A stretch of DNA of 64,000 nt from Octopus sinensis. Taxonomy: Eukaryota. Under the pieces are notes generated by a model. It made no database searches and was not told the origin of the DNA. It saw only the letters and a list, made by a program, of their open reading frames with translations. The stretch covers positions 11,346,001 through 11,410,000 of the forward strand of contig NC_043021.1 in NCBI RefSeq assembly GCF_006345805.1. Reading direction: 5' to 3'. Of the stretch, positions 13,090 to 26,416 are shown one piece after another. Both the position numbers and the translations under genes were made by a program. Each line of letters opens with the position of its first letter. Position 1 is the first letter of the stretch.

Positions 13090-14138
13090 ATGAATATGGA
13101 TGCTTTACACTTGAGATAACATTTGCATAACAGTCTATATTTTAACGATGATTCCTTAAGTGTCTTAATCTGTTTATCAGCAGACCAACCCATCTATGAT
13201 CTACCAGTGCTTCTGCCCCACCAGTCTGTCAGTCAGCTACCACCCAGTCTGTCTGAATAGCCACCCAGGTATTTGTCTCCTTCAATGGCTTACACAATCT
13301 TCTTCTTTGTATAATATTCTTCTTTTTTTTTCTTTCAATGTCCAAATCAAAACAGAAAGGGCAAGGCCTATAACCATTTTCCAGGGCCTCTACCACTTGT
13401 GAAAAGAAGGGAGCACGTTATATTCAGACCAGGAACCAAGCTTAAATACTTGCAATGGAGAAGACTCTTCTAAAAACCTTCCAAGGACTGGATGTTGGTA
13501 GAGTTTCACTAATTCTCATTCAGATCACCCTGCCAATTGTAATGCCTATTTATTCACATAATTTTCAAACTATTCACTAATTATCCCAAAGCTTAAAGAT
13601 TATGATGATGAGATTGTTTTTTTCTTTTTTTTAGAAGGACATTGTAGGCTAGGTGTATGGGGCCAGATCTGGATGAGCTGAACATAAAACAGGTAGGACA
13701 TTTGAGCTTCAAATGCTAAAAGGTTTAACCTGATGATGGAAGCAGTCTGCTTCCCAAACATCTCAATAATAACTTTTGGAGTTAGGTCTTCAAAACCTGC
13801 CATCACTAGTTTCAATTGGTGATTTGTGACCATGCTGGAGCACCACAAGAATAAAATGTAATGAATGAGAATGCATTGAGAAATTTTTTTTAATTTGAAA
13901 AAAAAAAAAAAATTTATTTGTTTCAGTCAATTGACTGTGGCCATACTGGAAGACCACCTTAAAGGGTCAAAGAAACCAACCCCACAACTTAGTCTTTGCA
14001 AGCCTAGTACTAATTCTATCAGTCTCTTTTGCCAAACTGCTAAGTTACGGGGACATAAACACACCAACATCAGCTGTTAAGTGATGGCAGAGGGCAAACA
14101 CAGACATACACACACACACACACACACACATAAATATA

Positions 14139-14175
<37 letters not shown>

Positions 14176-14539
14176 AAGTGTAGTTGTGTGGTCAAAAAAG
14201 CTTGCTTTGCAACCCCATGGCTCCGGGTTCAGTCCCACTGCACACTACTTTGGGTAAGCAATCTTCTACAATACACCCAGACTATGCAATGCCCTATGAG
14301 TAAATTTGGTAGGTGGAAACTGTGTGGAAGCCTGTCATATGTGTGTATGCATATGTATGTGTGTGTGCCTTTACATTTATGTTTGCACCCTGCCATCGAT
14401 TTAGTGGTTCACCAAAAGAGATCGATAGAATAAGTACCAGCACTGGGGTTGATTTGTTTGACTAAACACAAGGCATTGCCCCAGCATGGCTGCAAGTCCA
14501 TTGACTAAAACAAATAAAAACAACATACATATATATATA

Positions 14540-14614
<75 letters not shown>

Positions 14615-14801
14615 TAGATAGATATAGATATTAATATGCGTAGGGATGGCTGTGTGGTAAGAAGCTTGCTTCCCAACAACAAGGTTCCAGGTTCAGTCCC
14701 ACTGTATGGCACCTTGGGCAAGTGTCTTCTATTATAGCCTCAGGTTGATCAAAGCCTTGTGAGTGGATCTGGTAAATGCAAACTGAAAGAAGCTATGTCG
14801 T

Positions 14802-14839
<38 letters not shown>

Positions 14840-15371
14840 TGTATGCATTTGTATGTCTGTGATTGTCCCCCACCACCACCACCATCGCATGATAACTGTT
14901 GTTGGTGTGTTTATGTCCTTGTAACTTAGTAGTTTGGCAAAAAAAAAAAAAAACCAATAGAATAAATACTAGGCTTATGAAGAATGAGTCCTGGGGTCGA
15001 TTTGTTTGACTAAAGGTGGTGTTCCAGCATGGCCACAATGAAATGACTGAAACAAATAAAAGATTCACGTGTATATGTATGAAGAAAAGACATTTTTCTA
15101 AAGATTGCCTGGAAATAGGAATTACAGATCATTTTTTTTTTTATAAATGAATATAAAAACATGTATGTATGGAACTGTATCAGCAACTACTTTGTAGTTG
15201 TTGCGACAAAAATTTTGATAACCAAATAAGAAATTTTCATGTGAAGTTAAGCGTTGCTGTGTGTTTCTGAACAGCCGTAACGTATCTTCTATTCTGTTAT
15301 TGTTTCAGCTTCAACATAGTCTCAGATCATATCAGCAAGTTCATCACACGCGCACACATATATACATACAT

Positions 15372-15405
<34 letters not shown>

Positions 15406-15611
15406 TAAAAATCATCATCGGTATATATATATATATATATAAAATCATCATCGTTATATATATGTGTGAGTATGTGTTTATATTTACGTGTGTGTATATA
15501 TGTGTGGGTATATATGTATATGTGTCTGTATATATATGTGTGTGTGTGTGTATGTATGTGTATATATATGTATGTGTGTGTATGTATGTACATACGTATG
15601 TATATATATAT

Positions 15612-15645
<34 letters not shown>

Positions 15646-16489
15646 ATATACACATATATATATAGCATATTTTATGTATTTTGCTCAGAAGCATCGCATG
15701 GCATTAGAATTTTCAACTGAAGTCAAACACAAAAAACAACTACTCCGAATTGTTGTTAGGTAATTCACTTAAGTCAAATCAAGACCTGCCTGTTTGTGCT
15801 GACATTAAGTTCTATAAACTATAATCATGAAGTCAAGCCAAACAATGATAATTTGAAAGCATTTAACACACATGTTTCCGATTTCCTATTACGCAGGATC
15901 TTCTTCAGTTCATATGGGTCCATATATGTAGACAATTATTTAATGCATCCATTTCCTATGAATCTTTCATCAACCACTCGAGTTAACATTACTAACTTAT
16001 TTGGGGTAATGAGAGATCAATAGGAAGCATAGGTGTTAAATAAGTGTTTACAAATATGGATTTTGAAGACCGGTATGAACTGATTATGAACTATTATGCA
16101 TCATGCAAATCTGAAATGTGTGTACTAAATGCTTTTAAAATACCATTATTTGGTTGGACTTCATTATTACAATATATATATATAAGTATATCTTTTTGGA
16201 ACAGTGAATCTCGAAGCAGATAAAGCTATAAAAATAGTGTGTAAATATTCACTTATAGAAAAACTATTCTGGATAGAAAATGCTGAAGGCTGCCACTTTT
16301 CAGATGTAGTTTTATGTTCCATGGGCAGTCTTCAAGTTTCTCTATTTAAAAAGGTTTTTTAACTGAATATTTACATGCTATTTCTATAACTTTAGCTTTA
16401 TCTGCTTCGAGGTTCACCTTTAGCAAAAAAAAAAAAAAAATTCATGTTCTTGAAATTTCTAAATTCTTATGAACTCAACAAGATATATA

Positions 16490-16548
<59 letters not shown>

Positions 16549-17000
16549 CCCGAAGTGTACTGTATTATATATCCATTATGGCCAAAATTACCAATTGGTT
16601 TTGTGCTATGGATTCAACAGAGTGTTAGGTAACAATCCGATTATGTAACCCTGCATTCCTCAGAGGTAGCCGATATGAAATGAAATATGGCGACTGCCCT
16701 TCTTTTTCTTGATAAGATTAAAACGATTGGCCATAATGGATATATAATACTGTACACTTCAGATAATATACCTAGGCTGTTGACAGATATACAAGTACAT
16801 TTTTCCTGAGTCTTAGTCTTATACACACATATATGATGTACTCACACACAACCTTGATAATTAGAGAAGAAAGAGAGAGAGAGAGACACACAGATAGACA
16901 GACAGACAGAGATGTTTTTCCGTTGTCTGTCTACTTTTCCATGTATGTCTTGTGACAACTGATCTCTGTGTGTGTTCTAGGTAGCAGCTGAACCTATGTA

Positions 17001-17006
17001 TTTATT
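17001..17006 (-). terminator. Candidate polyadenylation signal of the LTD-repeat gene
   Basis: AATAAA on the minus strand ~170 nt after the stop codon. Confidence 0.35.
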
Positions 17007-17067
17007 GCAGGTAGATCAGCTGTCTTTTAGTTCTGATATGTCTTATGCCATATGCATAGCTTTGTAA

Positions 17068-17104
<37 letters not shown>

Positions 17105-17172
17105 TGATATGTACTGTGCATGTATCCTGAGTAGCTGGTTGTGGTCGGCATCAACATTTCTTTTTCTGGTTG

Positions 17173-17266
17173 TTAGACAGATAACTGGTTGTAGTAAGGG
17201 TTGTTAAAATGGCTTTCTTGTGTGTTCACATCTTCCATGTTCACCAAAAGATCATCTTGGTCAGAT
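17173..17266 (-). CDS. Terminal coding exon 14 (cytoplasmic tail with FxNPxY)
   Basis: tatttcag|A SDQDDLLVNMEDVNTQESHFNNPYYNQLSV* with phase-2 entry matching exon 13. Confidence 0.85.
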
Positions 17267-17409
17267 CTGAAATATAGCTTACTGAACAGGCTCCTATAAA
17301 AAAAAAAATTTTTTTTTAAATCAGAGAAAAATGCAATAATTATCAAGTGTGTATGTGTGTGTATATTGTATATATATAGTGTGTGTGTGTATGTATGTAC
17401 ATACGTATG

Positions 17410-17447
<38 letters not shown>

Positions 17448-17498
17448 TATATATCTATATAATATATACATATATATATATATAATATATATATACAT

Positions 17499-17544
<46 letters not shown>

Positions 17545-17591
17545 ATATACATATACATATATATATATATATATAATACATATATATATAC

Positions 17592-17627
<36 letters not shown>

Positions 17628-17642
17628 CTATTATATATATAC

Positions 17643-17689
<47 letters not shown>

Positions 17690-17789
17690 GATAAATATAT
17701 ACATCTATATATATATACATATATTACATATATATATATATACATATCTACATATATATACATATATATATATATATACATATATATAC

Positions 17790-17864
<75 letters not shown>

Positions 17865-18929
17865 CATATATATATATATAGATATATCATTATATACATA
17901 TACATATAGATGTAGCATATTTTATTTTGCTCAGAGCATTGCATGGCATCAGAATTTTCAACTGAAGTCAAACACAAAAAACAACTACTCCGAATTGTTG
18001 TTAGGTAATTCACTTAAGTCAAATCAAGACCTGCCTGTTTGTGCTGACATTAAGTCGTATGAACTATAATCATGAAGTCAAGCCAAACAATGATAATTTG
18101 AAAGCATTTAATACACACGTTTCCGATTTCCCATTACGCAAGATCTTCTTCATTTAACGTCTGCTTTCCATGCTAGCATGGGTTGGACGATTTGAGTGAG
18201 GACTGGCGAACCAGATGGCTGCACCAGGCTCCAATCTGATCTGGCAGAGTTTCTACAGCTGGATGCCCTTCCTAACACTAACCACTCCGAGAGTGTAGTG
18301 GGTGCTTTTACGTGCCACCAGCACGAGGGCCAGTCTGGCGGTAGTGGCAATGGCCATGCTCAAATGGTGCTTTTTACGTGCCACCTGCACAGGAGTCAGT
18401 CCAGCGGCACTGACAATGACCTCACTCGAATGTTTTATTCACATGCCACCGGTACAAGTACCAGTAAGGCAACACAGATAACGATCATGTTCAAATGGTG
18501 CCTTTTTACGTGCCACTATCTGGTGCAAAATGGCATTACACAAATAAATAGTTATTATCTACGAATAACCTATCGCAGAAATAGATGTTAACACAGAACG
18601 CAACTCTTACTACTCAAACATAGGCATGATACTCAGTATTCACTGTTCAGCTACCGACTGTCAAACCAACACGTCAAACTTACACCGTCAACGACATCTT
18701 GACGGTTCACTCAGTTCTTATTTATTGTTGAAGAGCATGCAGATTGATCAAAATGGTATTCTAAAAATTCAGTTGGTTGAAGCATTCTAAGAGGTACAAA
18801 GGTTGTCAAGAACTCAACTGTCATTTAAATACATTTGAAATCTGATGAGTACACTATGTGTGAAAGCGCTAATTTTGTTAAAATACCATAATAAACCAGA
18901 CTATGTTTTAACTTTATTCAACTTATATA

Positions 18930-19325
18930 TACTCTTTTTTACTCGTTTTACTTGTTTCAGTCATTTGACTGCGGCCATGCTGGAGCACCGCCTTTAGTCG
19001 AGTAAATTGACCCCGGGACTTATTCTTTGTAAGCCCAGTACTTATTCTATCGGTCTCTTTTTGCCGAACCGCTAAGTGTCGGGGAACGTAAACAACCAGC
19101 ATCGGTTGTCAAGCAATGCTAGGGGGACAAACACAGACATACAAACACATACACACACATACACATATATACGACAGGCTTCTTTCAGTTTCCGTCTACC
19201 AAATCCACTCACAAGGCATTGGTCGGCCCGGGGCTATAGCAGAAGACACTTGCCCAAGGTGCCACGCAGTGGGACTGAACCCGGAACCATGTGGTTGGTT
19301 AGCAAGCTACTTACCACACAGCCAC
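18930..19325 (-). mobile_element. tRNA-derived SINE family A, young subfamily
   Basis: Full head-to-tail copy, near-identical to 22035-22435, 36860-37268 and 62185-62607. Confidence 0.85.
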
Positions 19326-19459
19326 TATAATTTGGGAAAACAAATTTCCAAATCAATCAGATGTAACCCTACAGCATTATATGCATCCATATATTGTACT
19401 TTGGGGTCTTATTTATCGTATATTTATATATTTATCTATAAATATTCTAAGTATCTGAT

Positions 19460-19670
19460 AAAATACCAGCTCTACCTGCGACGATTTCATCTCAATCGAA
19501 GGAGAGGAGCTTTCTCCATCCGGGTTGCGGATCCGTGGAACAAGCTGCCAACGACCGCTTTGTTCAAAGCCTCCCGGACCTCAAGTGGCCTGAACTCTTT
19601 ACATGAACACCACCCTGTACTTAACTCCATGTCCCCCTACATGGCCTTGCTATTTGCTTTTGAGCCAAAT

Positions 19671-19705
<35 letters not shown>
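19460..19705 (+). mobile_element. CR1/L2-like LINE 3' end
   Basis: RRGAFSIRVADPWNKLP resembles the ORF2 C-terminal motif; ends in a (TAAC)n tail. Confidence 0.7.
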
Positions 19706-20131
19706 AAGTCAATGTTCAATTTTTGGGGATTAATCGATATGCGGGTATTCTATTTCAGATAATACAAAAATAACTTAATGAGTATATCTTACAGTAAACT
19801 CTTGGTATCATTTTGCACATCATGAAATAATACTTAAAGGATATAACCAAAATTTCCAGCTGGGTGTATAATGTCCTTCATTAATTATATCATACTTTAG
19901 TTAATATATATATTTATATGAGTGCGTCTTTGTTTGTTCCCCACCATTGCTTGACAACCAATGTTGGTGCATTTACATCCCCATAACTTAGCAGCTCAGC
20001 AAAAGAGTCTGATAGAATGTGAACTAGGCTTACAAAGAATAAGTTCTGGGGTTGATTTATTTGACTACAAAATCTTTAAAGGCAGTGCTCCAGCATGGCT
20101 GCAGTCAAATGACTGGAGCAAGTAAAAGAAT

Positions 20132-20238
<107 letters not shown>

Positions 20239-20344
20239 TCCAACCACTGCTTAACAACTGGTGATGTTTTGTATACAACCTTGTAACTTTCAGAAAAAGT
20301 TAAAAAAAAATTAATAAAATACAAATAAGTAAATGATGACTCAC

Positions 20345-20459
20345 GTCAGGTTCTTCCTTTTGTATTTCATGTAAAGACACACACTAACAACAATAAATAC
20401 AAAGACTACTAGTAGACTGAGTAATACTGCAATAGTTACTGTAGTATTTGAATTGTCCT
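20345..20459 (-). CDS. Coding exon 13 (transmembrane helix)
   Basis: ctctttccag|..DNSNTTVTIAVLLSLLVVFVFIVVSVCLYMKYKRKNLT|GTGAGT. Hydrophobic helix followed by a basic stop-transfer segment, phase 1 to 2. Confidence 0.9.
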
Positions 20460-21092
20460 CTGGAAAGAGAGAAAGAGAAAGAAAAAAAACTTTTTGTGAC
20501 AACAATTTATAATAAAGAAAGCTGCTTGTTAGTTTGGAGTAGGTAACTTTTACTAAAAGAAAGTAATTATTAAAGTCTACAGTGTCCAGAAAATTCTTAT
20601 AAATTCCAATTTTAATCTACTTTGCTAAAAATTTAAAGTTTTTTATCATTAATATTATTGAAGATTTCACAATTTAATCAAATCACAAAACTGATTTTTA
20701 TTGATCTAACATTGTCATCTTACACTATGAGGCAATTATTTAATACTTCTGTTTATACTTCTTTTGGAAATATAAAGGTTACCAAAATATTTGCAATTCT
20801 ATTGTCTACAAACATATAAGTAAAACTATTTCTCCAAATTATAAGTTTAATTCAGCATCAGTGAAATTATGTTGATTCCAGTATTGCTTCGTATTCGTTG
20901 CGTGTTGTTGAATATTATACACGGAGAACTATTTATGTGGCTAAGTCAATACAATACCTGATTTCCTCGTAGATTCTAACACTGTCTTTGAGTGCTTGGT
21001 ATTGTTCTAAATTCACTTACTGACCGAGTACTATTAGACAAATAAAGGGGTCAAAGGAAAATCAAACATATAAGGAATATTACACAGATTGG

Positions 21093-21714
21093 GGGGTCAG
21101 ATGTGTAAAAACCAGCCAGGGAGCAGTCTTCCAGCAAGTCTCATAAAAGAACATTTCCATTTGTTCATCTATATTACCCAATATTTCAGGAAGTGGTTGA
21201 GGAGGAAGAGTCTTTGGATGGTCCTATCAGAAGTAACCACCGAAAAATGATCTGGTTGGATACCAGAGCAAGACCAATGAAAATTATGGACATTACCCTG
21301 GGGGTCAGATGTGTAAAAACCAGCCAGGGAGCAGTCTTCCAGCAAGTCTCATAAAAGAACATTTCCATTTGTTCATCTATATTACCCAATATTCCAGGAA
21401 GTGGTTGAGGAGGAAGAGTCTTTGGATGGTCCTATCAGAAGTAACCACCGAAAAATGATCTGGTTGGATACCAGAGCAAGACCAATGAAAATTATGGACA
21501 TTACCCTGGGGGTCAGATGTGTAAAAACCAGCCAGGGAGCAGTCTTCCAGCAAGTCTCATAAAAGAACATTTCCATTTGTTCATCTATATTACCCAATAT
21601 TCCAGGAAGTGGTTGAGGAGGAAGAGTCTTTGGATGGTCCTATCAGAAGTAACCACCGAAAAATGATCTGGTTGGATACCAGAGCAAGACCAATGAAAAT
21701 TATGGACATTACCC
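21093..21714. repeat. Tandem triplication, 208-bp unit
   Basis: ggggtcagatgtgt at 21093, 21301 and 21509; copies near-identical. Confidence 0.95.
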
Positions 21715-22034
21715 AGTCATCTCACTCTTTATCTGCTCTGAAATGGTGTGATCATCATTTCAAATGGACAAAATAAGATCCATTCTCAAGGATAGATGTG
21801 GGAACTTGAAAGCACGATATGGTGATTGTGAGTGCACTGCCCTAACCACTAGGTCACGTGCCTTCATGTGTCTGTTTTAAACTGATCTAAATTATTCAGC
21901 TCCCCACTCAACCCTTTAGCATTTAAACCGGCCATATTAGGCCAAAAGTATTCTGCTTGTTTTATGTTCAGACTGGCCAGATCTGGTCTCTCACACCAAC
22001 CCTACAATATCATCTTAAAAATTAACAGCTACCT

Positions 22035-22435
22035 AGGCGCAGGAGTGGCTGTGTGGTAAGTAGCTTGCTAACCAACCACATGGTTCCGGGTTCAGTCCCA
22101 CTGCGTGGCATCTTGGGCAAATGTCTTCTGCTATAGCCCCGGGCCGACCAATGCCTTGTGAGTGGATTTGGTAGACGGAAACTGAAAGAAGCCTGTCGTA
22201 TATATGTATATATATATATATGTGTGTATATGTGTTTGTGTGTCTGTCCCCCTAGCATTGCTTGACAACCGATGCTGGTGTGTTTACGTCCCCGCCACTT
22301 AGTGGTTCGGCAAAAGAGACCGATAGAATAAGTACTGGGCTTACAAAGAATAAGTCCCGGGGTCGATTTGCTCGACTAAAAGTGGTGCTCCAGCATGGCC
22401 GCAGTCAAATGACTGAAACAAGTAAAAGAGTTAAA
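22035..22435 (+). mobile_element. tRNA-derived SINE family A, young subfamily
   Basis: ggcgcaggagtggctgtgtggtaag head through gaaacaagtaaaagag tail. Confidence 0.85.
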
Positions 22436-22882
22436 GAGTTTACCTCATCAAAATCTCATAGCTACAAGATAATGCATGATTAGTTCAAAACAATGTGGAT
22501 AAAAAAAAAGCATTAGTTTTGGCAGAATAATGTGAACACTAAAGGGTTAAACCAAATCCAGTGCTGCCCATCTCTACCATACATCATTTGAACTGATGGT
22601 TGTGAATAGGCCTGTTGGAATTGTCCCTATTTGTCCCTAAGTGCCAATCTCTTAGTGAATGCCTTTATCAAAATCTTTATGGTTGACAGAGTTATGGTTT
22701 TGGAGTTACCCATTCTGTCCTCCTTGATTAGGATCTTCCTTGGCTCATGTGACTTGGAGTGCTTCCGGTCTGCTGCCACTTGTAATAGTCGGTAACCAAA
22801 AGAGTAACGAATGAGCCAGGCTGGGGATGTAGTTTGTGACGTTGATGACCCAATCTTGGCATTTTACACATCACAAGGCCAC

Positions 22883-22909
22883 CTGACATGTTTGTTGTCG
22901 TAATGTTTG
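22883..22909 (-). CDS. Possible 27-nt symmetric (optional) exon 12
   Basis: aatttcag|..TNITTTNMS G|GTGGCC, phase 1 to 1, weak donor. Confidence 0.4.
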
Positions 22910-22919
22910 CTGAAATTAA

Positions 22920-23520
22920 ATTTCTGGAGAGAGAGAGGGGGAGTGAAGGGCGAGAGAGGTGGAGAGAACGAAGAAAGGACAAGAAGAAGAAAGAAAGGAA
23001 AAAGAAAGAAAAAGAAAGGAAGGAAGAAAAAGAAAATAGAGAAAGGAAAGAAAGAAAAGAAAAATAAAAAGGAAAAGAAAAAAGAGAAAGAGAAAGAAGA
23101 AAGAAAGAAGGAAAAGGAAAAAAAGAAAAAAAAGAAAAAGAGAAAGAGAGAAAGAAAAGAAAAAAAAGAAAAGAAGAAGAAGAAAGAGAAAGAAGAAAGA
23201 AAAATGAAGAAAGAATAAAAAAGAAAAAGGAAAAAGAAAATATAAAAGGAAAGATAGAGAAAATAAAAAAAAAAGAAAGAGAAAATAAAATAAAAAGAAA
23301 GAGAGAAAAGAAAAATAAAAAAGAAAGAAAGAAACGAAAGGAAGAAAGAAAGAAAAGGGAGATGAAAGAAAGATAAAAAAGAAAGAAAGAAAGGAAATAA
23401 AGAAAAAAAAAAGTAAAAGGAAAGAAAGAGGAAATAAAGGAAAGAAAAAATAAAAAGGAAAGGAAAAAGAAAAGAAAGGAAGAAAATGAAATAAAAAGAA
23501 AGAAATAAGAAATGTTTTCC
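22920..23520. repeat. ~600-bp A/G-rich low-complexity tract
   Basis: Almost exclusively A and G on the plus strand. Confidence 0.95.
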
Positions 23521-23524
23521 TTAC

Positions 23525-23725
23525 TTTTAGTTAAGGTACCAACAATGGTCGACTCACGATATACAGTGATACTTTTCTCATTAATCTGAAACACTGTGGA
23601 GTCAGGTGTAAAGAGGGATTTGTATCCCTTATAAAGCGTTTGCAGGTGAGATGCATTGTGACCATACAGGATGATGGTCACCAATGTGTGGCTTTTGTCC
23701 TTGGGGCTTGTGGTGACATTTGACA
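23525..23725 (-). CDS. Coding exon 11 (juxtamembrane domain)
   Basis: tttttttag|..SNVTTSPKDKSHTLVTIILYGHNASHLQTLYKGYKSLF...IVGTLTK A|GTAAGG, phase 1 to 1. Confidence 0.85.
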
Positions 23726-24326
23726 CTAAAAAAACAATAATAATATAATAATAATAATAATAATGATAATAATAGTAATAATGATAATGATAATAAGTGC
23801 CCTGATGCAGTGCCAGGCAGTGGCTCTCATGGCTTCTGATCTTAACTGATTGGAAGTGTTATCATGTACATTGTTTTGTCTTGGTATAAAAGATGGGCTA
23901 CAGCAAATATTCTGCTCAATACCACAGATTTGCTTGTCAGTTGTTTGACCTTGAGCAGTTGAGCATGTCCCTTAGTGGCTGACAATATGTGCATCTCTGA
24001 TCATGAGCAGAAGTAGTGGGGGATTCTTTGGGGTTTGAATAATTCACCCCTGGAAACATGGGTGTTTCGTTCAATATCCTTAAACAATACTTATTCAGGG
24101 ACCTTTTGAGCGGGATGGGTTACTCGACCAAAAGAAAATTCTAACTGGGTCCCACCTGCAAGGTCATGTGCTGTTTATCTTGATATGAGATCACCATGTC
24201 GCGCACATATGGTTGTGATGCATGTGCCTAGTGTACCCTTATCAGACGGGTAGTCATGATGAGTATACTAGGTTTCATATATTTAACCCTAGTGCCACTT
24301 TGATGGCATGCACTGCTCTCTCACTC

Positions 24327-24363
<37 letters not shown>

Positions 24364-24602
24364 GACTTTTCTACTACAGGCACAAGGCCTGAAATTTGTG
24401 GAAGGAGGACTAGTCGATTACATTAACCCCCAATGTGTAACTAGTACTTATTTTATCGACCCTGAAAGGATGAAAAACAAAGTTGACCTTGGTGGAATTT
24501 GAACTCAGAACTCAAGGACAAGTGAAATCCTGTTAAGTATTTTGCCTGGCATGCTAATGATTCTGCCAGCTCACCACCTAAATAATAATAATAATAATAA
24601 TA

Positions 24603-24645
<43 letters not shown>

Positions 24646-24648
24646 TAC

Positions 24649-24881
24649 CTTCAATGAAGTCTTTTGAGATCATACAACAGCTTTTCTCACTAAGCTTACG
24701 TACAAATTCATAAGTTAACTGTAACTTAAAGTCTTCAGTTTTTTTGACATTCAGCATTACCATACTTAGTGGTATGTTCCTGGTTGAGGGACATAAATTT
24801 TCCAGTGTATTGTAAGAGGGCCCAGCTACTTGAAAGTGATTTTTTCCACAAAAATTTATAGTCCAGTCAGCTGATATTTCT
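24649..24881 (-). CDS. Coding exon 10 (end of domain 3, juxtamembrane domain)
   Basis: ttttacag|A EISADWTINFCGKNHFQVAGPSYNTLENLCP...KSCCMISKDFIE G|GTAATT, phase 2 to 1. Confidence 0.85.
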
Positions 24882-26368
24882 CTGTAAAATAAGAAAACAA
24901 TAACATTTTTTAAATTTTTATGCACCCTTTTCAAGCCCAGCCAGGCTCATGGGTCCAGTTTCCCGGTTTCTGTGGCGTGTGTGTTTCCCCCAGCTGGACG
25001 GGAAGCCAGTCCATCGCAGCATTACTCAAGAAACAGGAAGAGAGAGTTAGATAAAGTTGGGGCTAAAGAGTACAACAGGGGTCGCCACCACTCCCTGCCA
25101 GAGACTCGTGGAGCTTTAGGTGTTTTCGTTCAATAAACACACACAATGCCCGGTCTGGGAATCGAAACTGCGATTCTCTGACTGCGAGTACGCTGCCCTA
25201 ACCACTGGGCCATTGCGCCTCCCCAAAAACATTAACATATAAGACAAAAAATAGAACTTGAAAAAAAAATCAGAAGTGGCAGGAGTGGCTGTGTGGTAAG
25301 TAGCTTGCTAACCAACCACATGGTTCCGGGTTCAGTCCCACTGCGTGGCATCTTGGGCAAGTGTCTTCTGCTATAGCCCCGGGCCGACCAATGCCTTGTG
25401 AGTGGATTTGGTAGACGGAAACTGAAAGAAGCCTGTCGTATATATGTATATATATATAAGTGTGTGTGTCTGTGTTTGTCCTCCTAGCATTGCTTGACAA
25501 CCAATGCTGGTGTGTTTACGTCCCTGCATCCCCGTAGCTTAGCAGTGTGACCGAAAGACTGGAACTGATACATTTGACAAAGAAAAAAATTTAGGGTGTG
25601 TCGCAGCATAGCTGCACTTTAATGACTGCAACAAGTAAACGATAAAGTGTGTGTGTGTGCGTGTGAAGCACAAAGCAGCCCTCCAACTAGTTAGATCCTG
25701 TCTAACTTATGCCAGCATAGACATCAAATGTTATACCATTGTGATATACATATGCATGGCTGTGTGGTTAAGAAGCTTGCTTCTCAACAATGTGGTCTTG
25801 GGTTCAACCACGCAACTTAGGTGAGTTTTTTTTTTTTCCTTTACTGCATGGCTCCTTTGGCAAGTGTCTTCTGCTATAGCTTTGGGCCAACCAAAGCCTT
25901 GTGAGTAGGTTTCGTAGATAGAAACTGAAAGAAGCCCGTCGTGTATATATATATATACTCTTTTACTCTTTTACTTGTTTCAGTCATTTGACTGCGGCCA
26001 TGCTGGAGCACCGCCTTTAGTCAAGCAAATCGACCCCAGGACTTATTCTTTTTAAGCCCAGTACTTATTCTATCAGTCTCTTTTGCCGAACCGCTAAGTT
26101 AAAGGGACGTAAACACACCAGCACCGGTTGTCAAGCGATGTTGGGGGTACAAACACAGACACAGAAACACATACACACACACACACATATATATATATAC
26201 ATATATATACGACAGACTTCTTTCAGTTTCCGTCTACCAAATCCACTCACAAGGCATTGGTCGGCCCGGGGCTATAGCAGAAGACACTTGCCCAAGATGC
26301 CACACAGTGGGACTGAACCCGGAACCATGTGGTTGGTTAGCAAGTTACTTACCACACAGCCACTCCTG

Positions 26369-26416
<48 letters not shown>

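Noticed and set aside
20956-21020. Exon-like segment with AG/GT boundaries (QYQALKDSVRIYEEI)
   Set aside because: Its 49-nt length and phases do not fit between exon 11/12 and exon 13.
21186-21597. Hydrophobic ORFs in the 208-bp repeat as alternative TM exons
   Set aside because: The available acceptor needs phase 2; the phase-1 entry required by the gene hits TAA immediately.
22728-23726. 332-aa Phe/Ser/Leu-rich ORF
   Set aside because: The middle is the pyrimidine-tract intron; only 23525-23725 and possibly 22883-22909 are exonic.
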